Shown in pieces: positions 48,492 to 61,289 of a stretch of 64,000 bases of DNA. The DNA comes from Macrostomum hystrix (taxonomy: Eukaryota > Animalia > Platyhelminthes), in assembly GCA_950097015.1 (NCBI GenBank), contig CATNEN010000010.1, positions 3,100,001-3,164,000 on the forward strand, read 5' to 3'. The position numbers and the translations under genes are program-made. The number at the start of each line of letters is the position of its first letter. The first letter of the stretch is position 1. The notes under the pieces are model-generated. The model made no database searches, was not told where the DNA came from, and saw only the letters and a list, made by a program, of their open reading frames with translations.

Positions 48492-51400
48492 TCAACTCAT
48501 TGAAGCTGCTCCGCCGCTGCCGCTGCCACCAGCGCCGGATGAGCTGGACGACCCGCCCGCAGCGGCTGACGATGTGCCCGCAGCTGAAGCCTGCTGTTCC
48601 GGGTCTTCATCGTCGGTGGCTGTCAAAAGTTTGCGATGACTGATAGTTTATATAAGAAATGGCGCCTTATATAGGGAAATCCTGCCAAATGGGAATCTCG
48701 ACCAAGTAGGAAAACCAGAGGAAAACATGGCATACTCGTATGGTAATTGAAGAGTTTCACCATTCGGGAATTGGTAAATTCTTCAGAAAACTAAAATCAA
48801 CATTAAAGGTAAAACCTACTTCTAGGCGGATTAGGATTTTCAGGCAGGCGGAGAATCCCAGGCAGGTGCCTGGTAGATAGTGAATCCCTGGCAGACGGGG
48901 ACTCCCTGGCAGATGGGATTCCCTGGAAGACGGGGAATCCCATACAGATGGAGAATCCCAGGCAGATGGAGAATCCCAGGCAGATAGAGAATCCCTGGCG
49001 GAGAATCTCAGGCAGATGGAGAATCCCTGGCGGAGAATCTCAGGCAGATGGAGAATCCCTGGCAGACTGGGATTCCCTGGAAGATGGAGAATCCCTAGCC
49101 GATGGGGAATCCCTGGCAGAAAGGGAATCCCTGGCAGACGGGGACTCCCTGGCAGATGAGGAATCCCTGGTAGATGGGGAATCCCTGGCAGACGAAGAAT
49201 CCTTGGCGGACGGGGAAATTCAGAACCCACCAAGCCGGTGGTAATTGATGACCAAACTCGGCGTTCTCCTGTGCCCATCGCCCGGCTTGACGCTGATGTT
49301 GATGCTTGAGTGCGGATTGTCTGGAATGAGCACTGACACCAGTATGGCCAGAAGCACTAGCACAGCGCCGAAGGCAAATGGCGGGCCCGGCATGATGGCC
49401 TTGTTGAAGTTGTGAATGCTTTGCTGCCAGCTGAGTGCTGTTACACCCACCGATCCCGCCTGAGAAATTAGGGTAGAGGCGATCTCAGATGAGACAGAAG
49501 GCCATGGCTTAAGTGGGAAAATGTCCATGATAACACAAGTTGAGACAGTAACTAAAAACTAATACGTGAAAAAACACTCCCGGGCACTAACCGTAACAGC
49601 CAAAGACCGGTTGGCGGCTCCCGTAAGGCCGCCGGGAGGCACACGGATCAGTGGAGCCGTGGCCAGCTTGGGAGCATCGTTCAGGTCAACCTCGAACACG
49701 TAGAAGATGAAGCCAAACAGAGCCGGGCCCAGGCCGTTGCACAGACCGCGAATGCCGGTCAGGATGCCCTGAGCCACGCCCTGCTGGTCCTGCTCGGCGT
49801 GGTTGGACACGAAGGCGGAGATGGCCGGGTAGGTGATGCTGCCCAGAGCGGCCAGACCGCCGGCCAGCCAGAGCAGGAAGGTCTGGGAGGAGAAGCCGTA
49901 GATACCCATCTGCAGCATGTGGAAGACTAGGCCAACCATGATAGTCCGCTTGGGCCCGCAGTGCTTGATGAGCAGGCTGAGCCCGGCTGTCTGGGCTATG
50001 CAGGACAGAATGCCGACCACGCAGATGAAATAGGCCACGCCCTCCTCTGAGAAGCCCATGATGAGGCGGAGATAGACAAAGAAGCAGGTGTACTCCCCAG
50101 CCTCCGGCAGGTAGCTGAGAAAGGTGGTGATGCAGAGCATTAGGATCAGCTGATCGGCGCCCATCTTGCGCAACGATGAGAATGGATCAGCCTTGGCCCA
50201 GCTGATTTGCGAGCCCCAGGCTACGCAGCGATTTTTCTCCGATAGGGACTCGGGCACCACCTGCGGGAGGGGCGGGCAGCTTTTCAATACAGATAATTAG
50301 CTGCAGATCAAATTGTCAATATGAACAATTACCCGCATATCTGATAGGTAATATGGCTAATTAGCTGCAGATCTAAGAGTCAGTCTGGCTAATTACCGGC
50401 AGATCTAACAGTCAGTCTGGATAATTACCTGCAGATCTAACAGTCAGTCTGGCTAATTACCGGCAGATCTAACAGTCAGTCTGGATAATTACCTGCAGAT
50501 CTAACAGTCAGTCTGGATAATTACCTGCAGATCTAACAGTCAGTCGAACAAATAACATAGTTTAACCCTAAACTCGCACAATGAACTCACCGTTAAGATG
50601 AAGAAGATGTCCAGCAGGGCCACAAAGGTAGCCAGGGCCACAACAAAATTGTCGCTATAGAGCTTGCCGAGATGAGCACCGATGGCTGGCGAGGTGATGA
50701 GGCTGGCAGCGAAGCTGGCCGAGACCAGGCCGTAGGCCCAGCTGCGGTCCTCCTCCGTAGTGACGTCGGAGACATAGGCGAACACAACGGAGAAGGTGAC
50801 GGAGAACATGCCTGACACGGTGATGAGGGTGAAGTACCACCAGTGGGAGACGTGCATGAAGGGGATCGGGGAGCAGGTGAAAAACACTGTCACCAGCAGG
50901 AAGGTCTTCCGGCCGAACACGTCCGACAGTGCGCCAACTAGGGGAGCCGACAGGAAGGACAGAAAGCCCTGGAAACGTTTTTGGGGGGATATTCTGGGAT
51001 CACTCACACAGTCAGCTCCCCATACTGTCCCCTGAGCACTCACAGTCAGCGCCCCATACTGTCCCCTGAGCACTCACAGTCAGTGCCCCATACTGTCCCC
51101 TGAGCACTCACAGTCAGCGCCCCATACTGTCCCCTGAGCACTCACAGTCAGTGCCCATACTGTCCCCTGAGCACTCACAGTCAGCGCCCCATACTGTCCC
51201 CTGAGCACACACAGTCAGCGCCCATACTGTCCCCTGAGCACTCACAGTCAGCGCCCCATACTGTCCCCTGAGCACTCACAGTCAGCGCCCCATACTGTCC
51301 CCTGAGCATACAGCAAACATAACAAAATACCAACCTTAACGCCCTGAATAAGGCCATTCATGAGGAACTTGTGAGACGGGAACGTCTCCTCCAGCACGTT

Positions 51401-52849
51401 GATCATGGGATTGGTTAGCAGGCCCCAGGCGAAGAATTCCAGGAATATCACGATTAGCGCGTGATAAACGGAAGGCTTCTGAAAGAATGAGGCCTGCAAA
51501 GAAATGAAAGAATAAATTCAATTATAAAATTAAACTGATACTAAATCTAATCACTAGACTAAAATAGAGAGAAGCAATCACGTTTTATGTGATTAATTAT
51601 TATTTACGAGTATAACTGCAATCAACTGGAACATTAGAAGTGTATTCGATGCTTCATAACAGAAAACAAAGCAGTCAAATTAAAGGCAAGAATTACAAAC
51701 CAGGTAATTAAAAAACATTGTTCTGTGAGCTACAATGCACAGCTAAGTTCTAACAACTGCTTAGAAATCAGAGAAAGGAGCTTTATATTACAGCTTTAAA
51801 CTCTGGCTGCAACACAATCTCCAGCTAGATGTCAATTGCTGCTACCCTATCTCCAGCTAGATGTCAATGGCTGCTACCCAATCTCCAGCTAGATGTCAAT
51901 TGCTGCTACCCTATCTCCAGCTAGAGATATATGGCTGCTACCCAATCTCCAGCTAGATGTCAATGGCTACTACCCAATCTCCAGCTAGATGTCTATGGCT
52001 GCAACACAATCTCCAGCTAGATGTCAATGGCTGCAACACAATATCCAGCTAGATGTCAATGGCTGCTACCCAATCTCCAGCTAGATGTCAATTGCTGCTA
52101 CCCAATCTCCAGCTAGATGTCTATGGCTGGAACTAAATCTCCAGCTAGAGATATATGGCTGCTACCCAATCTCCAGCTAGATGTCAATGGCTACTACCCA
52201 ATCTCCAGCTAGATGTCTATGGCTGCAACACAATCTCCAGCTAGATGTCAATGGCTGCAACACAATATCCAGCTAGATGTCAATGGCTGCAACACAATCT
52301 CCAGCTAGATGTCAATGGCTGCTACCCAATCTCCAGCTAGATGTCAATTGCTGCTACCCAATCTCCAGCTAGATGTCAATTGCTGCTACCCTATCTCCAG
52401 CTAGATGTCTATGGCTGGAACTAAATCTCCAGCTAGAGATATATGGCTGCTACCCAATCTCCAGCTAGATGTCGATGGCTGCTACCTAATCTCTGGCTGG
52501 ATATCGAGGAGTAAAATTCCAGAAAAATGAAGCCCTCTATCACAGGAACCAGGTGAAAATATGAGGAGCCAATTGAGACCGGAATCCATGCGGTTAGCTT
52601 ACCGATGAGCACTGCAAAATTGCAAAAGAAAGTTAGTAAGGAAAACGTAATTTAAATTTCGACAATTAACCGTCCAGCAAACAAACAAGACACTATCTAC
52701 CAAAATGTCACCATCGATCTTAGACTTCAGACAAATATTTGAATCGAGAATTTCTATGAAAGTAGGCAACTCACATCGGACCGCTTGGTCCAGTCCAGGA
52801 AGGCCATGGGGTTGTACTTTTTCTTGTGCTTACCCCGGTACAAATGCAT
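48492..52849 (-). CDS. MFSD14A: MFS transporter MFSD14/HIAT1 (exons 52849-52775, 52611-52603 microexon, 51493-51335, 50968-50591, 50260-49592, 49459-49231, 48619-48492)
   Basis: PSVYHALIVIFLEFFAWGLLT, TFPSHKFLMNGLIQGVKGFLSFLSAPLVGALSDVFGRK, LPEAGEYTCFFVYLR, DQQGVAQGILTGIRGLCNGLGPALFG, PGPPFAFGA. Phases are consistent. Confidence 0.93.
48849..49222. repeat. Degenerate 18-bp minisatellite (GGAGAATCCCTGGCAGAT) in the last MFSD14 intron
   Basis: Degenerate tandem units. Confidence 0.85.
50358..50545. repeat. 32-bp minisatellite (GCAGATCTAACAGTCAGTCTGGATAATTACCT), intronic
   Basis: About 5 copies. Confidence 0.9.
51002..51308. repeat. ~34-bp minisatellite (GAGCACTCACAGTCAGCGCCCCATACTGTCCCCT), intronic
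   Basis: About 9 copies. Confidence 0.92.
51801..52497. repeat. 32-bp minisatellite (CTCCAGCTAGATGTCAATGGCTGCTACCCAAT), intronic
   Basis: About 21 copies. Confidence 0.94.
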
Positions 52850-53003
52850 AATAGACCGGACTGTTGTTAGAAAGCGACGCGAGAGTTGCCGCTGGTCATG
52901 CGGCTGAAATTTTTGTGATGCTAATTTTATAGAATTCATTAGACAAAATGATTGAAAAATGGAATTCAGTCTCAGTAACCTGGTCTAAGCTGCTGGATTT
53001 ACC

Positions 53004-54346
53004 TGGTCAAGGTGGATTAACCAGGTCAATGTGTGAAATGGTGGATTAACCAGGTCAATGTGTGAAATGGTGGATTAACCAGGTCAATGTGTGAAATGGT
53101 GGATTAACCAGGTTAATGTGTGAAATGGTGGATTAACCAGGTCAAGGTTTGAAATGGTGGATTAACCAGGTCAAGGTGTGAAATGGTGGATTAACCAGGT
53201 CAAGGTGTGAAATGGTGGATTAACCAGGTCAATGTGTGAAATGGTGGATTAACCAGGTCAATGTGTGAAATGGTGGATTAACCAGGTCAATGTGTGAAAT
53301 GGTGGATTAACCAGGTCAAGGTGTGAAATGGTGGATTAACCAGGTCAATGTGTGAAATGGTGGATTAACCAGGTCAATGTGGGAAATGGTGGATTAACCA
53401 GGTCAAGGTGTGAAATGGTGGATTAACCAGGTCAAGGTGTGAAATGGTGGATTAACCAGGTCAAGGTGTGAAATGGTGGATTAACCAGGTCAATGTGTGA
53501 AATGGTGGATTAACCAGGTCAAGGTGTGAAATGGTGGATTAACCAGGTCAATGTGTGAAATGGTGGATTAACCAGGTCAAGGTGTGAAATGGTGGATTAA
53601 CCAGGTCAATGTGTGAAATGGTGGATTAACCAGGTCAATGTGTGAAATGGTGGATTAACCAGGTCAAGGTGTGAAATGGTGGATTAACCAGGTCAATGTG
53701 TGAAATGGTGGATTAACCAGGTCAATGTGTGAAATGGTGGATTAACCAGGTCAAGGTGTGAAATGGTGGATTAACCAGGTCAATGTGTGAAATGGTGGAT
53801 TAACCAGGTCAAGGTGTGAAATGGTGGATTAACCAGGTCAATGTGTGAAATGGTGGATTAACCAGGTCAATGTGTGAAATGGTGGATTAACCAGGTCAAG
53901 GTGTGAAATGGTGGACTAACCAGGTCAATGTGTGAAATGGTGGATTAACCAGGTCAATGTGTGAAATGGTGGATTAACCAGGTCAATGTGTGAAATGGTG
54001 GATTAACCAGGTCAAGGTGTGAAATGGTGGATTAACCAGGTCAATGTGTGAAATGGTGGATTAACCAGGTCAATGTGGGAAATGGTGGATTAACCAGGTC
54101 AAGGTGTGAAATGGTGGATTAACCAGGTCAAGGTGTGAAATGGTGGATTAACCAGGTCAATGTGGGAAATGGTGGATTAACCAGGTCAATGTGTGAAATG
54201 GTGGATTAACCAGGTCAATGTGTGAAATGGTGGATTAACCAGGTCAAGGTGTGAAATGGTGGATTAACCAGGTCAAGGTGTGAAATGGTGGATTAACCAG
54301 GTCAAGGTGTGAAATGGTGGATTAACCAGGTCAAGGTGTGAAATGG
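53004..54346. repeat. 29-bp minisatellite (AGGTCAAKGTGTGAAATGGTGGATTAACC) between LZTR1 and MFSD14
   Basis: About 46 copies, two main variants. Confidence 0.96.
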
Positions 54347-55202
54347 CGGGTGGGCAGTCAAAAGAGGCATATGGACCTACGTGGTTGATTTTTAAGTCCT
54401 ATGGGTTACTCATACTCGCCTATAGGTTATTCTCCTATGATAAAATGCGTCATATAATATATCAAATCTAAGTAAACTATGAATATGGAGAATGTACAAA
54501 AAGTTTGCGAAAATGAAGTCTGGCATTCCGCAGGTAGCCAAAAACAAAGAGCTGAAGTTTAACCGCCTCGAGTCGCATGTTTATTTCTTAGAACAAATGC
54601 ATCCATTGAAAGCAAAGTGAAAACTTCTGTGACACTTGCAGCTGAATATGGAGCTGAAAAAATAGTTTGATTTCCTGCAGTTACGATGCTTACAAAGCGA
54701 ACACTGGTGGCAAAACACTAATTAAAAACGATTACATTCAACATAAAAAATCTAGTTGTGTACAGATTACGGAATATGAAATCGAGATTAAAATGAAATG
54801 GTTGCTAATAGTAACAAAATTGCACTCACAGAAACAATAGCTTTCGATCAAAAATGATGCGCCTAGTCTACTATGCATAGGGTGATGTGCAGGCATCAAG
54901 ATGTCTTTCCAGTTATCGAGTAGTGTACTTTCCAGACACAGAAGTCAAAGCTAGCGAACAAGAATTGACTCAAAATTTGAAAATATTAAATATAACACTT
55001 TAATCAAGACTTGATCAAGTTGGACAAATGAAAGAATCCATGCATGATTGCCTAATTAGTTGTCATCTTATCCCCGATCCCCGATTGGCTCGCAGCCACC
55101 CCACTCCATTTACATCCCAGCCTCATTTTTGATTGGCGGGACACCTTAATAGACCTTAAAGTACTCTCAGAGCACTCTTGTTAGAGGAGGACCGAGTAGA
55201 GT

Positions 55203-58200
55203 TTATTTGTCTAGCACAATAGCCCGCAAAATTTCAACCAGCAGCGGCTGCGGCAGTCGCAGCAGCGTAGCCGACTGCTCGCCGTCAACAATGCGTCTGG
55301 CATTCTTAGCCACAATGCGCAACGCGTGAGACTTCACGCCCTGGGATTTGATAACATCTGCGGCTTCTAGAATAGTGAGCACATTGTCCGGCGAGATGTT
55401 GACCTCGATGTTTTGCTTGCAGTAGGCCTGCAGCCGGTCGTTAGCAAAGTTATAATAGTCGCAGGCGTTGGCAATGTACATGAGATCAGCCGGCGGCATG
55501 CTCATATCGCCGCAATAGATGTAGCGCAGCAGGTTAGTGAAAGCTTGCTTGGTTGGCACGTGGCTTCCAAACGTGACTTCGACCAGATCATCTTTGGGCG
55601 GAAACGAACGAAAGAAACCTTCAAAGTAGCCGCAGCGCGCGGCCAGCACCGCACGGTGAGCCGGGATCCGATGCTCTCCTAATAGCAGCGTCACATCCGA
55701 GTAGTCGCGGCCGACTGTGCTCAGAAAGATGGCCATGTCCTTCTTCAGGCTGTTTGTGTGCTCAAGAATGTCCCGCTTGTGCGCGTCGATGATTCGGTTG
55801 ACGGAGTTGGCGGTTGTGCCGGCGCCAGCGCCTCCGGGCGAGGCTGCGTAGCGCTCGCGGCGACGCACCACCTCGAGGATCAGCGGCTTGTCAAGCTCCT
55901 CGAATTCGCGGCTGCAATCGAGTGCAATATGAAGGAGACTGAACTCAAAGCTTGACTGATTGACTACTCTAGAAAAGCGAAATTCAGTCGCACCTGTGTA
56001 TGACGGACTTGTACACCGAGTCTTTGGTCATGAAGTTCAGGCAGTACTCTTTTAACGGGACCTGACCCAGCTCGCTGGATCTCTCGTAGGTCACAACAAC
56101 ATTGCGCTCGTTAATGCAGGACTCGAGGTACTGGGTGACCACGTGCTGCAGGCGGGACATCTGAAACTGCAGGGCTAGCTGGTACACCTGCATCATCAGC
56201 AGGATGGTGCCAGTGTTCTGCATGTCCTCAGCATTTTCCACCGGCTGCAGCTGGTCCGTGTACACAAACGACAGGATCAGGCGGAAGGCCGTGGGATCCG
56301 TGTCCGGCAGGCGGACTTGAAGCGGTTTGCCGCTCCCGGATGACTGACCGAGATTCTGCTGCTGAGAAGGCGATGGAGACCGCTGCTGCACCGATGGTTG
56401 TGTGGATGCCGATGACGACGATTGAAGGGCTGCCTGGCGAGCCTCGCGAATACGATTAAGGAGGAAGCAGGATCTGTGAATAGCGGAATGGCAAATGCAA
56501 CCTGCGACACAAAAGCTACTAAAGTAGTATATTGAGCTAAAGAAATGCTTCACATAGCAATGTTTCATAGCCCCAACCTGGCAGCCAGAAAGCACTGGTG
56601 CGCCATGATGGACTGCTTGTCTGGTCCGACTTGGAATTCCACATCGCACAGCATCCCGGACTGTAGGAGGCGGCCAAAATCGTCTTGTAGAGTGCAGCGG
56701 GGATAGCTGGACAGCTGGATGCGGTACATGTCCCCGCTAAATAGATTCTTCTCCACGTTGCCACCAAAGATGTACATGCTAGAGTCCACCAGTACAGCGC
56801 TGTGGTACAGCCGACCATCTGGTATGCGGCTGCCTGCAAGAAGCGAACATATAACCCGAAAAAATTACCTGAGGATCTGAGGAAGGTTGTACCTGAGGAT
56901 CTGAGGAAGGTTGTACCTGAGGATCTGAGGAAGCTTGTACCTGAGGATCTGAGGAAGGTTGTACCTGAGGATCTGAGGAAGCTTGTACCTGAGGATCTGA
57001 GGAAGGTTGTACCTGAGGATCTGAGGAAGGTTGTACCTGATGATCTGAGGAAGGTTGTACCTGAGGATCTGAGGAAGGTTGTACCTGATGATCTGAGGAA
57101 GGTTGTACCTGAGGATCTGAGGAAGGTTGTACCTGAGAATCTGAGGAAGCTTGTACCTGAGGATCTGAGGAAGGTTGTACCTGATGATCTGAGGAAGGTT
57201 GTACCTGAGGATCTGAGGAAGGTTGTACCTGAGAATCTGAGGGAAGTTTTACCTCAGAATCTGAGAAAGGTTTTACATGATGATCTGGAAGGTTTTAACC
57301 GAGAATCTGAGAAAGGATTTTATCTGAGGAAGGCTCAGACCTAACCTAAATGAAGGACTGGCTTGAGGAAATGTTTTACTTAGGACTTGTGATCTGCAAT
57401 AATAAACTAACTAACCTGACGCAGGCTCCACAGTGGACCAGGTCTTGTCGTCTAAATCGTAGCTAAACAGCTGATTCATGACAGACGAGCCGGTGACTCC
57501 GCCGAACACGAACAGATGCCTGCCATAGCTCAGCATGGAATGGCCGAACACTTTCTCAGGGGCCGGTGCGACGCAGCCAAGCACATTGTCGCGATTAATA
57601 ACAGACCAGTGGCTAGAGGAGAAGTCGTACTGGTACAGCTTATTGGACGACTTGCTGCCGCTCTCCCCGCTGAACACGAAAAGGGTGTCGCGGCAAACCT
57701 GCGATTGACGTCAAGGAGCTCTTGCAAAGGTATAATATAAAGGCCCAGTATTTAAAATATAACTAATTCGTATTTGTATTTTATGCCAGCAGAGTGACAA
57801 GGACAGCTAGTTAGGCTACAGTAACAGCCCATAGAGTGACAAGGACAGCTAGTTAGGCTACAGTAACAGCCCATAGAGTGACAAGGACAGCTAGTTAGGC
57901 TACAGTAACAGCCCATAGAGTGACAAGGACAGCTAGTTAGGCTACAGTAACAGCCCATAGAGTGACAAGGACAGCTAGTTAGGCTACAGTAACAGCCCAT
58001 AGAGTGACAAGGACAGCTAGTTAGGCTACAGTAACAGCCCATAGAGTGACAAGGACAGCTAGATAGGCTACAGTAACAGCCCATAGAGTGACAAGGACAG
58101 CTAGATAGGCTACAGTAACAGCCCATAGAGTGACAAGGACAGCTAGTTAGGCTACAGTAACAGCCCATAGAGTGACAAGGACAGCTAGTTAGGCTACAGT

Positions 58201-59623
58201 AACAGCCCATAGAGTGACAAGGACAGCTAGATAGGCTACAGTAACAGCCCATAGAGTGACAAGGACAGCTAGATAGGCTACAGTAACAGCCCATAGAGTG
58301 ACAAGGACAGCTAGTTAGGCTACAATAACAGCCCATAGAGTGACAAGGCCAGCTAGGCGAGTGCTCTAACCGTAAGCGAGAAGTTGCACAGGGGTGGGGG
58401 CTGGTTGCCCAGTTGAGCAGCCTCCTCCCAGTAGTGAGTGGTCGTGGGCGAATGAGAGCTGTATGATGACGGCACCGGTGTGTGCCAGAGATCGTTGAGT
58501 CGTCGATTGCCATCATAGCCGGCGTAGATCCACATGCGGCCATTGTGGACGAAAGCGCAGTGGGCGGTCCGCGGCACCGGTTTGCGCGACTTCGCATCGA
58601 ACTTCCACTCGGACCAGTAGCGAGAGGCGAACCGATACTCGAACAGGTCGTTCTTGTTCTCCTCGCCAGTGTAGCCGCCGAATATCAGCATGGAGTCGTC
58701 CGCCACAACCGCCGAGTGGGTGTAGCGCGGCGCTGGCGGCGTGCCATTCACTGGCTGCACCAGCGTCCAGGTGCGAGCTTCCACATCGTATCTGAAAAGT
58801 AGATTCAACACAGCGGGAAAGGAAAGAGGATATTGCAGGCCTTCGAGGATTTCAGATTGAAAGTAATCTAGAATAGAATGCCTTGATAAACCTACGAGAT
58901 CTATGAGGATCTCAATTTTACGGAACTTAGAAGATCGAAGGGCCCTAGGGAAATCTAGTGGAATCGCGGAAATATGACATTCCCATCTATTAATTTATGA
59001 CATCTACGGGGAATCTATAAGATCTACGGGGAATCTATGAGATCTACGGGGAATCTATGAGATCTACGGAGAATCTATAAGATCTACGGGGAGTCTATGA
59101 GATCTACGGGGAATCTATGAGATCTAAGAGAATTTAGAAGTTATTTAGGAATGTATTAGACTCATGGAGATTAAGGAGATCGATTATGATTTTTATCAGA
59201 CACTAGACAATAGTCAGTGATAAAATATGATTTATATATGAAATAGTCTCACCTCAGCACGTCGTTAAGCGTGGCGCGGCCATTATCGCCACCGAATGCG
59301 TATAGAAAGTACCTGCCGGCCTCCACATGCGCCACCATAGTGTGCTTGCTCCGCTTCATCTCTTCCCAGCTGCCGACCAGGCTCCAGCAGTGCACCGTGT
59401 CAGCCGGATCCTCCATGCCTCTGTAGGCTCCGGCCGAGCCACCGGTGGCCGAGAACGACAGCGCGGAGGCTGCGGCTGCTGCGGCGGCGGCAGCCGGAGA
59501 GCCAGTAGGATCTGCCACGTAGCGGTTGCCGGCAGCCGCAGCCGCGGACGCAGACGAGGAAGAGTTCTGCTGATTACGCAACTGCAAATTGCGGAACAGG
59601 AGTTTCACCTTTCTAAGAGGCAT
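55203..59623 (-). CDS. LZTR1: Leucine-zipper-like transcription regulator 1, Kelch-BTB-BACK-BTB-BACK (exons ~59623-59253, 58791-58371, 57698-57416, 56833-56578, 56473-55994, 55911-55203; exact start uncertain)
   Basis: DTVHCW...KRSKHTMVAH...YAFGGDNGRATLNDVLRYD, RYTHSAVV...IFGGYTG...NKNDLFEY, QLSSYPRCTLQDDFGRLL, FEELDKPLILEVVRRR and RLQAYCKQNIEVNI match LZTR1. Phases are consistent. Confidence 0.94.
56867..57315. repeat. 24-bp minisatellite (ACCTGAGGATCTGAGGAAGGTTGT) in LZTR1 intron 3
   Basis: Tandem array. Confidence 0.95.
57792..58350. repeat. 42-bp minisatellite in LZTR1 intron 2
   Basis: GAGTGACAAGGACAGCTAGTTAGGCTACAGTAACAGCCCATA, about 13 copies. Confidence 0.96.
59002..59125. repeat. 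20-bp minisatellite (GAGATCTACGGGGAATCTAT) in LZTR1 intron 1
   Basis: About 6 copies. Confidence 0.9.
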
Positions 59624-60268
59624 CGAGGGGCAAGCGGAAGGGGCACAATGAGGAAGCAAACTGTTTTAAACTAATGCGGCCTGACTGAGGCCCGACTCTT
59701 AAATATTCGACAGTGTGCCAATTAACTGCTGAGAGGGTGAGGGTGGAAGAGGCCCCGCATTCCTGTTTGAGGAAATATTTTTCCGGGCACAGCTAGCGCT
59801 GCCGCCCTACTCATACCGACTGAGCTTTTCAGGATTTTCTTTAAATTGATCCCATTTCAATCCACTTCCTACTGCTAGCGGGGCAGAGAGAATGACGAAA
59901 GAGAAGCGATTGGGAAATCAAAATCAATAGGAGAAATAAAATAGGCATTTATTGCATCCGCGTGCCACCCGCCCGAATCAGCTGGGCTAGTGTGTGCGCC
60001 GGCGCGCAGGAAATGCGCAAGCAAAACTATTCTGCAACTGCATTAGCCGCATATCACTCAGCATGCCTAGAATGGGAAAAAGGACAGAAATAAAAAAGTA
60101 AAAGAGAGTAAGCTTATGAAGGCTGACCGCGCTTTTACTAATAAACATTTACTAATAAAAGTTTATTAATAAACTGTACAGTGATAAGTAGGTATGTACA
60201 CTCAAATAATCCAACAAATGAGTAAATTGGAGTGCAGTAGGAAATGCAAAAGGTCATATTTTTGTGAA

Positions 60269-61289
60269 TCACGAATCAGCCTTGTTTTTATCCGCATTTG
60301 TTTCATTCTCAGAGCCCGGATTCGAACCCTCGTCCTCTGAGTCAGTACTATATGCGGCTAACAAGGATGGTACGGCATGACTCCGGCTTGATTCTTTTAT
60401 AGAGCCATCAGCAGCAGCTGCTGCCAGCTCAGGCTGAGATTGCTTCGGCGGCTGCAGCTGACTCGGCGGTTCGTCAGTTGCACCGGAGGCTGGCAGCTTC
60501 CGCTTAACAGCAACGGCCCGGCCAAGCAGGCTGCGCTGACAGCTGGTCTTTCTGGTACCGGCGGCATCCGCCGGGCCGGGCCCGCTGCTAGCTGAGACGG
60601 AGATGGACACTGTGAGAGTCGGGGTGCCGTCAGCAGCCGGCTCAGCGCCAGTTGCTGGCTTACGACTCTGAACAGCCCGATTGTAGGCCTCGATGATGGC
60701 GCGGTCTTCATCACGACGCCGGCGCTCCTCGGCAATTTGACGCTCGGCTACTTCGGACAGGAAGCGGGCTTCGTCTTCGGTGATGCGAGACACCTGAGCG
60801 CCAGTTGGATGGCGGGAAACAATAAATGCTGAAGGGTGAGATGCTCATGGCTGGGTGTCAAGTTGAAATTTGATTATCTTGTTTCAACTTACATGGCTTA
60901 TCTTTCCTATGCCTAATCTCTTAGCTGTCTCATCTATCCTATGTCATATTTCTCCCGGGTCCCGGACTAGTAACCTAGTAAGTAGATGATTAGGCGGAAC
61001 TGCCGGTGTAAGAGTACTGTACTGGGCCTGCTTCGACTAGTCAATATCAGCGCTGCGTCGGCCAATAATAAACTAATATTGCAAATGAAGACAAGGAAAT
61101 TCGCACCTGATTACGCATGGCGTGCTGCTCGTCAAATTCGGCCTGCTTTTTATCCTTCTGCTCCTGCAGCCGTTCGTAGAGCGATCGCGGATCGTAGGGT
61201 TCCTCATCGTCGGCAGCCTGGCCGCGGTCTTTCTTCCGCTGCTCGGCGATGTCAGCCAATTGTTTCTCCGAAATGAATCGGCGTTCCAT
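60269..61289 (-). CDS. PSME3IP1: PSME3-interacting protein / FAM192A (NIP30) homolog (exons 61289-61107 and 60793-60269; 235 aa)
   Basis: RRFISEKQL...EEPYDPRSLYERLQEQKDKKQAEFDEQ...TEDEARFL...LLAAYSTDSEDE matches the N-terminal domain and C-terminal motif of the family. Phase-0 intron CAG|GTGCGA...CTCAG. Confidence 0.88.

Noticed and set aside
56802-58597. ORFs with PEDLRKVV and Cys-rich CPCHSMGCYCSLTS repeats (metallothionein-like look)
   Set aside because: They translate the 24-bp and 42-bp arrays within LZTR1 introns, whose flanking exons splice in phase.
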